Assembly: GCA_011620135.1 (NCBI GenBank)
Contig: WOZS01000040.1
Location: 5,341-62,395 of the forward strand
DNA: 57,055 nt
Reading direction: 5' to 3'
DNA from: Gammaproteobacteria bacterium
GTDB lineage: Bacteria > Pseudomonadota > Gammaproteobacteria > WOZS01
In this document: one piece after another, positions 31,882 to 42,046 of the stretch
Layout of the letters: every line of letters begins with the position of its first letter
How positions within the stretch are numbered: the stretch's first letter is position 1
The notes under the pieces: model-generated
The model's database searches: none
What the model was told of the DNA's origin: nothing
What the model saw: only the letters and a program-made list of their open reading frames with translations
Made by a program: the position numbers and the translations under genes

Positions 31882-31958
31882 TGGTGGGCCGTGCAGGGCT
31901 CGAACCTGCGACCTATCCATTATGAGTGGACAGCTCTGACCGACTGAGCTAACGGCCC
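31882..31958 (-). tRNA. ileX: tRNA with CAT anticodon, most likely tRNA-Ile2 (lysidine-modified)
   Basis: 77-nt cloverleaf GGGCCGT...GCTC..GAGC..GTCCA-CTCATAA-TGGAT..GCAGG-TTCGAGC-CCTGC-ACGGCCC-A-CCA; paired G1-C72 excludes fMet; position directly after rpoD matches ileX. Confidence 0.93.
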
Positions 31959-31977
31959 GCTCCGAGCTTGCTGGGGA

Positions 31978-33785
<1,808 letters not shown>

Positions 33786-33786
<1 letters not shown>

Positions 33787-35636
33787 TATTGCTCTCCACC
33801 CTCTGTGACCTTGTGAACATGGCCGCCCGGGGTACTGCTTGCACCCTGGCGACCCACGGTATGCTCCTCAGGAGCCGCGCCACGTCTCAGCAGCTCATGG
33901 AGCACACCCATTTCCTGCTGATCGAGTTCATCGCGGCGCATCTTGTTCATGAGCATATCGATGTGGCGCTGCCTGCCGTCTTCCTGCAGGCGCTTGCGTA
34001 TAGCCTGCCATTCCGAACGACGGATGGCAGGTGGCATATCCCCTGCGGCCATGTGGAGATATCCGCATGCCTGGAAAGTCGGCTCGATCCTCATGATTTC
34101 CAGTAAGGTAGCTGTGGTATGATGGGGATTTTGCTCTATAAGTTCCAGCATGCGCCGCAGCACGCCATGAACCCCATCCTGATCCAGGGGTAATCCCTGG
34201 GCGGGCATCTCCACAGCCAGACCGGGTTCCATCAGCAACAGGGCGATGGCTCGCTCGGCGAGACTCAAGACCCGCAGATCCCGGATGGCGTCGTGTCGCC
34301 GCCCATTGTCCTTGGCTTGGTCATTGACTTGCCGGACGGTTTCCTCGCGGCCCTGGAGCACACGCTCCACGCGTTCGGCTGACAGGCCCGTGCGCTTTGC
34401 CAGGGCGGCGATCAAGACCGCCTTGGTCTCCTCGTCCCGCAGCGCTTGCACGAATGGTTTGGCGGCACGCAGTTGCTGGACCCCACCGGCAATCCCGCCT
34501 GATGATGCCTCTTCCTGGATGGCCTCGAGCAGATAATCGGCCAGGGGCACCTGAGCCGCCAGACAGGCCTCGAAGGCGGACAGGCCATCGCGGCATACCA
34601 AGCTATCCGGATCATCCCCGGGCGGTAGCAGGACCACGTCGATGCGCCGGCGCTCGCCGAGATGGGGTGCCAGGACCAGGGCAGCGCGCCGCGCCGCCCG
34701 CCTGCCAGCCTCATCACCATCGAAACACAGCACAAGCTCGCTGGCATAACGGCTCAGCAGGCTGGCCTGCCCGGGCCCCAGGGCTGTGCCCAGGGGGGCC
34801 ACGGCACCTGCAAAGCCACGACCCGCAAGGGCCAGCACATCCATATAGCCTTCCACCAGCACCAGGCGTTTAGCGCCGCGCGCCTGGTGCAGCCCATAGA
34901 GGCATTGCCCCTTGTGGAACAAGGCGGTCTCCGGGGTGTTGAGGTATTTGGGTTGTGTTGCCTGACCCATACTGTCCAGCACCCGACCACCGAAACCCAC
35001 CAGTCGACCGCGCTCATCATGGATGGGATACATCAGCCGGCCCCGAAACAGATCATACAGGCGACCATCACTGCCTTGCCTCGCCAGACCTGCCTCCACC
35101 AGCCGCCCGGCTGCAAAGCCCTCTCCTTGCAAATGGCGGACCAAGCCCCCGCTTTCCGGGGCAAAACCCAGGCAGAAGGATCCAAGCTGGGTCATGGGCA
35201 AGGCGCGTTGCTGCACATAGTGCCGCGCCTCTTGGCTGCGGGCCAGTTGAGCCTGGAACCAAGCCGCAGCGCGCTGCAGCAGCTCGCGTAACATCCTGGT
35301 CTGCGCCTGCTGTTGTTCGCGCTGTTCATCGTGTTCCTGCGCTGGCAGCTCCAGTCCCACTTCCTCGGCCAGTAGGCCAACCGCCTCCCGGAAGGGCAGC
35401 CTCTCATGAGCCATCAAAAAGCCGATGGCCGTGCCGTTGGCCTGGCAGCCGAAGCAGTAATAGAATCCCTTTTCCCGATTCACGGAAAACGATGGCGTTT
35501 TTTCCTCATGGAAAGGACACAACCCCACCAGGTTCTTCCCGCTGCGCCGCAGCATCACCCGTCTGCCGACCACCTCGGCCAGATCGACGCGTTCCAGCAG
35601 ATCTCGAAGCCATGCCTCTGGCAGGCGCCCCGCCAT
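33786..35636 (-). CDS. dnaG: DNA primase
   Basis: CPFH.EKTPSF...CFGC Zn finger, [30 protein letters not shown]. Confidence 0.97.
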
Positions 35637-35654
35637 ATGTCCGCCCCGATCAAC

Positions 35655-35670
35655 CCGGCCTTACGGCCGG
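35655..35670 (-). terminator. Hairpin between rpsU and dnaG (possible intra-operon terminator/attenuator)
   Basis: CCGGCC-GTAA-GGCCGG on the minus strand (GNRA loop) 6 nt after the rpsU stop; weak U-tract. Confidence 0.5.
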
Positions 35671-35676
35671 ATGTCC

Positions 35677-35886
35677 TCAGCTTCCGCGGCGGCCATCGGT
35701 GCGTTGCATGCGCTTGGCAAAGCGCTTGATGGCTGCTGCCCGTTTGCGTTTGCGCTCCTGGGTGGGCTTTTCGTAGTATTCACGCCGCCGCAACTCAGTC
35801 AGCACACCAGCCTTTTCGCAAGCCCTCTTGAAGCGCCGCAGCGTCACATCGAAATACTCTCCTTCCCGTGCGCGAATACCTGGCAT
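35677..35886 (-). CDS. rpsU: 30S ribosomal protein S21
   Basis: [30 protein letters not shown]; heads rpsU-dnaG-rpoD. Confidence 0.97.
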   Translation of the reverse strand: MPGIRAREGEYFDVTLRRFKRACEKAGVLTELRRREYYEKPTQERKRKRAAAIKRFAKRMQRTDGRRGS

Positions 35887-35896
35887 ACAAGCCCTC

Positions 35897-35916
35897 CATA
35901 AAGGAACATAAAGGAA
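35897..35916. repeat. 10-bp tandem duplication (CATAAAGGAA x2) in the rpsU leader
   Basis: Read directly, adjacent to the rpsU Shine-Dalgarno. Confidence 0.85.
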
Positions 35917-36022
35917 AATATTAAAACCTTAGCACATTGCAGCGGGCAACGGCAAGCCACACTCCTGCCCCCCCGATGTCGCGCCTGCTCATGGCCACAG
36001 TCACCCCATGAGCGGCTGACCC

Positions 36023-37342
36023 TCAAGTTTTTCTGTTCCTGGCCAGCAGCGCGTAATAAAAGCCATCCATTCCCCCTTCACCGGGAAGCAACTGGCGACC
36101 ATAGCCTGTTACCCTGCCCCATGGCAATGAGGTTTGGACAGCCGAGAGCTCCGCATGCTCCCGGATGATGCCCTCGACCACGCCTTCGTTTTCCTCGGGC
36201 AGGATGGAGCAGGTTGAATAGCACAACCTGCCACCGGGCGCAAGCAGGCGGCAGCATGTCTCCAGCAGATCGCGCTGGATGGCGGACAGCGTCTTGATGT
36301 CACTGTTGCGGCGCAGCCAGCGGATATCCGGATGACGGCGAATCACGCCTGTTCCCGAGCAGGGTGCATCCAGCCAGACACGTTCGAAGGGCCGCCCATC
36401 CCACCAGGCGTCCACATCGCTGACAGCAGCCCTGTGAACCTGGGCGGTCAGGCCGAGGCGGGCCAGGTTGGCCTGCAGGCGTTCCAGACGCCGGCCGTCC
36501 TGATCCACCGCCACCAGATCGATGCCGGGCTGGTGTTCCAGCAGCGCTGCGGTCTTGCCGCCGGGGGCGGCACAGGCGTCCAGGACACGCTGTCCGGGGT
36601 GCAGATCCAGCCAGCCAGCCCCCAGCTGGGATGAGGCGTCCTGTACGGAAAACCAGCCTGCCTCGAAACCTGGAATCTCCTGGATGGGTACTTGGTCAGT
36701 CAGGCGTACGGCGGCATGGGTCCAGACCAACGCCTCGGCCGCAAGGCCACGGGCATCCAGATGATCCAGAAAAGCGCACCGCGTGATCCTTTGCAGGTTG
36801 ACTCGCAGCACCAGGGGTGGGAGTGAGTCGTTGGCACGGCAAATGGCCTCCAACTCCCCGGGCCATGCCATCTCCAAGCGGCGCATCAGCCAGGGTGGAT
36901 GGTTGTGGCGCCAGCCCTGTTCCCTGAGCCAGGTCTCATGGGAGGGGCGGTTTTCCAGGGCGCGGCGCAGCACGGCGTTGACCAGCCTGCCTGCGCGAGG
37001 ATGCCCCATGGATTTGACGATCTCCACCGCCTCGGCCACGGCGGCATAGGCGGGGGTGCCCAGCACCATCGCCTCATAGAGGCCCAATTCCAGAGCGAGC
37101 GCTGCCTGGGGGGGATGGATGGCGGCGGGCACATACTGGCTGACGATGTGCTGCAAGGCGCCGTGCCAACGCAATACCCCATAGACAAGCTGCTGGACCT
37201 GGGCGCGCTGTCGTGGCTCATGCATACCGCCTTGCTGCCAATCAGCCAATGACTGGCCATGACACAAGACCCGATGCAGCCAAAGGACGGCCAGGTGGCG
37301 TGGCGATTGTTCCGCCTTCCCGGTGCTGCTGCTGGCCATCAT
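36023..37342 (-). CDS. rsmB: 16S rRNA m5C967 methyltransferase RsmB
   Basis: NusB-like N-terminus (LVNAVLR), VQD.SSQ, VLDACAAPGGKT, LDAPCSGTGVIRRHPDI, YSTCS; ATGA overlap with fmt. Confidence 0.95.
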   Translation of the reverse strand: MMASSSTGKAEQSPRHLAVLWLHRVLCHGQSLADWQQGGMHEPRQRAQVQQLVYGVLRWHGALQHIVSQYVPAAIHPPQAALALELGLYEAMVLGTPAYAAVAEAVEIVKSMGHPRAGRLVNAVLRRALENRPSHETWLREQGWRHNHPPWLMRRLEMAWPGELEAICRANDSLPPLVLRVNLQRITRCAFLDHLDARGLAAEALVWTHAAVRLTDQVPIQEIPGFEAGWFSVQDASSQLGAGWLDLHPGQRVLDACAAPGGKTAALLEHQPGIDLVAVDQDGRRLERLQANLARLGLTAQVHRAAVSDVDAWWDGRPFERVWLDAPCSGTGVIRRHPDIRWLRRNSDIKTLSAIQRDLLETCCRLLAPGGRLCYSTCSILPEENEGVVEGIIREHAELSAVQTSLPWGRVTGYGRQLLPGEGGMDGFYYALLARNRKT

Positions 37343-38316
37343 GACAAACGCCTCTCCGCATGGTTCACGGCAATAAGACCACTGGGCTGCTCCCGAAGGC
37401 CGCGCCAGAAGGCCGCAGCCGACATGGGTCGTCCCCCGGCAGGCTGTATGGTCTGCAGGCACAGGGCATCTGTGCCGCAGGCCACCACGACCGAGGAGGC
37501 ATCCACCTGTACAATGGCCCCTGGTGCGGCCGTCTGGGGCCAGGACACGAGACTGGCCTCATGAACAAGGATCATGCGCTCGCCCAGCAAAAAGCGGGCG
37601 CGGGGCCTGGGTGTCATGGCGCGCACCAGACGCTGGATGCTGCGGGCATCCTGGTGCCAGTCGATCACGGCCTCGCCAGTATTGAGCTTGGCGGCATAAC
37701 AGGCCCCGGCGCTGTCCTGGGGGCGGGGGGTGATGGTGTCTGCAGCCATGCGGTCGAGCACGTCCAACAGCAAGGAAGCAGCCAGCTGGGCCAGCTTTTC
37801 TTCCAGCGAACCAGATGTCTCGTGTTCTGCCACGGCTATACGGCCCTGAGCAAGCAATGGCCCGGTATCAAGCCCTTCTTCCATCTGGAAGATGGAAACC
37901 CCCGTCTCGGCATCACCGGCCAGAAGAGTCCTGGCGATGGGGGCTGCCCCCCGCCATCTGGGCAACAGCGAGGCATGGAGGTTGATGCATCCCCATCGGG
38001 GCAGCTGCAGGACCTGGGGCGGGAGCAGTAGCCCATAGGCGGCGGTGATGAGCACATCAAGGCGTGCCTCCCGCAAGGCATCCTGGATCGCTGTTTCGCG
38101 TAATGAGGCTGGCTTCAAAAGCGCAAGCCCAGCCTGCCTTGCCATGAGGGCGATTTGGGTTTCCCGGGCCTTGAGCCCCCGACCCGCTGGCCGGTCTGGC
38201 CTGGTCAGCACCAGCACCGGCCGGTGATCTGCCTGCAGCAAGGCCTGCAGGGCGGGCAGCGCGAAATCCCCACTCCCCGCAAAGGCGCACCGCAACGCCT
38301 TGCCTTGCCTCACCAC
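37339..38316 (-). CDS. fmt: Methionyl-tRNA formyltransferase
   Basis: PDRPAGRG, AYG, CINLHASLLPRWRGAAPI, LDTG, YAAKL. Confidence 0.96.
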   Translation of the reverse strand: MVRQGKALRCAFAGSGDFALPALQALLQADHRPVLVLTRPDRPAGRGLKARETQIALMARQAGLALLKPASLRETAIQDALREARLDVLITAAYGLLLPPQVLQLPRWGCINLHASLLPRWRGAAPIARTLLAGDAETGVSIFQMEEGLDTGPLLAQGRIAVAEHETSGSLEEKLAQLAASLLLDVLDRMAADTITPRPQDSAGACYAAKLNTGEAVIDWHQDARSIQRLVRAMTPRPRARFLLGERMILVHEASLVSWPQTAAPGAIVQVDASSVVVACGTDALCLQTIQPAGGRPMSAAAFWRGLREQPSGLIAVNHAERRLS

Positions 38317-38343
38317 GCTCGTCGGCTGGCCATGGCCAGCCGT

Positions 38344-38934
38344 TCAGTGACTCTGGCCCTGGGTGACATGCAGGGAGTTTTGCACGATGGGGGCACGCCT
38401 GCTCGCCCCCCGGGGGGAGGATCTGGCTTTTTCATCCTGTCCTCCGGAACGGGCGGCGAGCAGCTGTTTTTTCAGTCGTTGGCGGCGCAGTTCAGAGAGC
38501 CTGTCGATGAACAGCACGCCCTCCAGGTGATCCAGTTCATGCTGGATGCAGACCGCCAGCAATCCTTCCGCTTCAGCGATGAAGGGCTCACCCTGGTCAT
38601 TCAGGGCCTGGATCTCGATCCAGGCCGCCCGGCGCACCATCTCAAAGAGACCCGGCACCGACAGGCAACCCTCTTCGCCCTCCAGGACACCCTCCTTGCG
38701 CAGGATGCGGGGATTGACGAGCACCTGCCCCTGGTTGCTTTCTGCGGAGATGTCCACGCAGATGATCCGCAGACCATGGCCAACCTGGGGGGCAGCAAGA
38801 CCGATGCCCCTGGCGGCATACATGGTTTCGAGCATATTGGCTGAGAGCGACCGGACTGCCTCGTCGACCGTCGCCACGGCACGCGCCGGCTGGCGCAGGA
38901 CCGGGTCTGGATATTCCCGGATCGGTAAGATCAT
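38344..38934 (-). CDS. def: Peptide deformylase
   Basis: YPDPVLR, GIGLAAPQVG, EGCLSVP, QHELDHL.G; AGGAGG upstream (start 38934 or 38937). Confidence 0.97.
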   Translation of the reverse strand: MILPIREYPDPVLRQPARAVATVDEAVRSLSANMLETMYAARGIGLAAPQVGHGLRIICVDISAESNQGQVLVNPRILRKEGVLEGEEGCLSVPGLFEMVRRAAWIEIQALNDQGEPFIAEAEGLLAVCIQHELDHLEGVLFIDRLSELRRQRLKKQLLAARSGGQDEKARSSPRGASRRAPIVQNSLHVTQGQSH

Positions 38935-39013
38935 CATGTTCCTCCTGCTCGCTGTTCCTGCCGCAGGTGCTTGCTTGAAAAAAACCGATAAGCCAAAGCC
39001 TATAGCACCCAAA

Positions 39014-39028
39014 CACAAACTGTTTGTG
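39014..39028. promoter_or_regulatory. Perfect palindrome CACAAAC-T-GTTTGTG in the def/LysM divergent intergenic region
   Basis: Read directly; function inferred only from position. Confidence 0.4.
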
Positions 39029-39258
39029 GGGCCGCTGTTGGCTCCAGCATGACAGAAGGGCCCATGCAGCCCTCTTGTGGTTGGGATGACCCCATGAGCC
39101 GATGGAGGCGACTTGCAACCGAAGAGGCCGCGTGGATCTCTAGTGATCCGAAAGTTGCCCGAACCGCATCATGCCATAAAACCTTCTACCAAAAGCGGTT
39201 CTTTATGGTATTCTTTCCTCCCATGATAACCGAAATGGATCCTTTTCCACCAGACCCG

Positions 39259-40473
39259 ATGCACAGACGGGTTGTGTCGAGGATCCTCGTTCTTATGGGC
39301 AGCCTGATGATGATGGGATCCATGCTGGCAGGTTGTGCCCATGCGCCACACCACGCCAAGGAGGCCGGGGTCGACACCGCTGAGGCGGCCTCCGCCGAGG
39401 CACATGCTACCGCCGCCAGTGACAGAGGTTCAGAGTCTGGCCCCTGGGGCGGCACCCCGCAGGGGCAGGCCGTTGCCTCCTCCCCAACCCCTGTGCTGCG
39501 TGCCGATCACCCTGAAGCATACGTGGTGCAACAGGGTGATACCCTGTGGAAAATCGCCAGGGTCTTTCTGAAGGATCCCTGGCTGTGGCCGGAGATCTGG
39601 CATGTCAATCCCCAGGTGGCCAACCCACACCTCATCTACCCCGGTGATCGCCTGGTGCTGGTCACCTCTCAGGGAAGCACCCAGATCACCCTGGAAAGGG
39701 GATCCATGGCGCCCGCCCCCCAGGGTGGCCTGGCCGTGGTCAAGCTCTCGCCCCGGGTGCGCCTTGAGCCCATCGAGGCCGACAAACAGCCCACCATGCG
39801 CTACGCCGATATCGCCGCCATGCTGGGCCGGCCCTATATGCTGGAGCGCAAGGAGGCCCGGGAGGCCCCCTATGTCCTTTCCGCAGCGGAAAGCGGGCGC
39901 TTTTTGAGTGGGCGTTTCGAGCGCATCTATGCCAGAGGCAAGCTGGGGGGGCGCAAGACATTCAATGTGGTGCGCTCCATCAAGCCGCTGCGGGATCCGG
40001 ACAAGGGCGCTCTGCTGGGCTTCGAGGCCGAATATGTGGCCACCGCCCAGCTCATGGAGCCCGGGGATTCTTCCCTGTTCATGCTCACCGAGAGCAGCAT
40101 GGAGGTGCGGCCCGGAGATCGCCTGGTACCCGCAGAAGATGTCCTGCTGCCCCTGGAGTTTACCCCTGCGCCGCCCAGCAAGCCCTTGAGCGGCTTTATC
40201 CTCTCGGTGTACAAGGGTGTCGCCGAGATCAGCCAGTACAACGTGGTTTCGGTCAGCCTGGGCAAGGAACAGGGCCTCCAGGCAGGTGATCTGCTGGCCA
40301 TCTATCAGCGCGGTCAATGGGTGCGCGACCCAGTGACAGGCCGTTCGGTCAAGCTGCCTGAACAGCGCGCCGGCCTGCTCCTGGTGTTCAAGCCCTTCGA
40401 CCGGGTGAGTTATGGCCTTGTTCTGGAGGCGGAGCGCAGCATCCATCTCCAGGATCGTGTCGCCACGCCCTGA
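39259..40473 (+). CDS. LysM peptidoglycan-binding lipoprotein (TsaP-like)
   Basis: Lipobox LAGC, YVVQQGDTLW.IA..FL.DPW.WPEIW..NPQV.NPHLIYPGD; conserved def/LysM-dprA arrangement; start uncertain. Confidence 0.9.
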   Translation: MHRRVVSRILVLMGSLMMMGSMLAGCAHAPHHAKEAGVDTAEAASAEAHATAASDRGSESGPWGGTPQGQAVASSPTPVLRADHPEAYVVQQGDTLWKIARVFLKDPWLWPEIWHVNPQVANPHLIYPGDRLVLVTSQGSTQITLERGSMAPAPQGGLAVVKLSPRVRLEPIEADKQPTMRYADIAAMLGRPYMLERKEAREAPYVLSAAESGRFLSGRFERIYARGKLGGRKTFNVVRSIKPLRDPDKGALLGFEAEYVATAQLMEPGDSSLFMLTESSMEVRPGDRLVPAEDVLLPLEFTPAPPSKPLSGFILSVYKGVAEISQYNVVSVSLGKEQGLQAGDLLAIYQRGQWVRDPVTGRSVKLPEQRAGLLLVFKPFDRVSYGLVLEAERSIHLQDRVATP

Positions 40474-40484
40474 AGGCTGCCAGC

Positions 40485-41579
40485 TTGGCAGGTGCTGAAC
40501 ATCTTCCCATGTCCGCAGGCCAGGATGACCAGCGCTTGGCCCATGTAGCCCTTCTCGTGGCACTGGGTGCAGGAGGATTGGTGAAGGCCCTGGCTGCCCA
40601 GGGCACGCCGGCACGTGCCCTGGCATCCCTGAAAGACTCAGACCTTGCCTTGAGACAGGCGGAGCGTGTGCTGCAACAGGCCGCCCAGGAGCACATCCAC
40701 GTGCTGCTGTGCGGTGATGCCCATTATCCCCAGCTGCTGCGCACCATACCCGATCCACCGGGTGTGTTGTTCTGTCGAGGCGACCCTGCTCTTTTGAATC
40801 GCCCCATGCTGGCCGTGGTGGGCTGCCGCCAGGCTACGGCAGCTGGTCTCGAAAACGCGTTCTCCTTCGCCAGAGAGCTCACCTGTGCCGGTCTCGTGGT
40901 GACCAGCGGCCTTGCCCGCGGCATTGATGGCGCGGCCCATCGCGGCGCCCTGGCAGCCGGCGGGCCGACCATTGCCATCCTGGGCTCGGGATTGCGGCGC
41001 ATCTATCCGCCCGAGCACAGCGCCCTGGCTGCACAGATCGGCGCTGATGGAGCCGTTGTAAGCGAGTTTTTGCCCGATGCGCCCCCTCACAAGGCGCACT
41101 TTCCCAGGCGTAATCGTCTGATCAGCGGCATGACACTGGGTACGCTGGTGGTGGAGGCAGGCATGAAGAGCGGTGCCTTGATCACCGCGCACAATGCCGT
41201 CGACCAGGGTCGCGAGGTCTTTGCCATTCCCGGTTCCATCCACAACCCCATGGCCGCAGGATGCCACCACTTGTTGCGCCAAGGTGCTAAGCTGGTCGAG
41301 AATCTCGGTGATATTCTCGAGGAACTTTCCGTTGAGATCATTGCTCCCATGCGATCAAAGGTGAATCGTGACGATGGCCGCCCAGGCAACCCGATGAGCG
41401 TCTCCGGCGGCCTCAGCCGGTTTCTGGATGACCATGGCACCACCATGGATGTCCTTGCTGCCAGGACGGGGCTTCCTGTCTCCGAACTGGCCACCCAACT
41501 GCTCGTATTAGAACTAGAAGGCGCGATCCGCGTCCTTCCAGGAGGACTGTATTGTCCAAAACGGAGGAATATGCCATGA
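40485..41579 (+). CDS. dprA: DNA-processing protein DprA
   Basis: AVVG.R, SGLARGIDGAAH.GAL, SEF, FPRRNRLISG, VVEA...SGALITA, GREVFAIPGSI. Confidence 0.95.
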   Translation: MAGAEHLPMSAGQDDQRLAHVALLVALGAGGLVKALAAQGTPARALASLKDSDLALRQAERVLQQAAQEHIHVLLCGDAHYPQLLRTIPDPPGVLFCRGDPALLNRPMLAVVGCRQATAAGLENAFSFARELTCAGLVVTSGLARGIDGAAHRGALAAGGPTIAILGSGLRRIYPPEHSALAAQIGADGAVVSEFLPDAPPHKAHFPRRNRLISGMTLGTLVVEAGMKSGALITAHNAVDQGREVFAIPGSIHNPMAAGCHHLLRQGAKLVENLGDILEELSVEIIAPMRSKVNRDDGRPGNPMSVSGGLSRFLDDHGTTMDVLAARTGLPVSELATQLLVLELEGAIRVLPGGLYCPKRRNMP

Positions 41580-42040
41580 AGGCCAATGTCTTAGACGTCC
41601 TGATCTATCTTTTCGATCACTACACGGTGGACAGTCACGATGCCAACCGTGAAGCGCTGATCTCCGAGCTGGAAGAAGCCGGTTTCCATGGGCGTGAGAT
41701 CGACAAGGCCTTTGCCTGGCTCGAGGCATTGACCGAGGATCAGGATCGCCGCCGCGCTCCCGGCCAGCGCTCCATTCGCATTTTCGCTCCCCAGGAACTG
41801 GAGCGGCTCGATGCAGCCAGTCGTGGTTTCCTGATGGATCTGGAACAAAGTGGCGTGCTCACGCCGACGCATCGCGAGATCGTCATTGATCGCATCATGG
41901 CCCTGGACGCAGACGACGTGGATCTGGAACAGGTCAAATGGGTCACGCTGATGGTGCTGTTCAACATGCCTGGCCAGGAAGCAGCCTATGCCTGGCTGGA
42001 AGATCTGGTGCTGGGTGGGACCCCACCAAGCTATCATTGA
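41576..42040 (+). CDS. smg: Smg (DUF494) protein
   Basis: LDVLIYLF, L.EAGF...EI.KAF.WLE.L, RE.VIDR.MAL, KWV.LMVLFN.PG.E.AY. Confidence 0.93.
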   Translation: MKANVLDVLIYLFDHYTVDSHDANREALISELEEAGFHGREIDKAFAWLEALTEDQDRRRAPGQRSIRIFAPQELERLDAASRGFLMDLEQSGVLTPTHREIVIDRIMALDADDVDLEQVKWVTLMVLFNMPGQEAAYAWLEDLVLGGTPPSYH

Positions 42041-42046
42041 GGCCCC

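Noticed and set aside
31882-31958. Calling the CAT-anticodon tRNA Met or fMet
   Set aside because: Paired 1-72 base and no GGG/CCC anticodon stem exclude fMet; acceptor stem and position after rpoD favour Ile2, though elongator Met cannot be formally excluded without a covariance-model scan.
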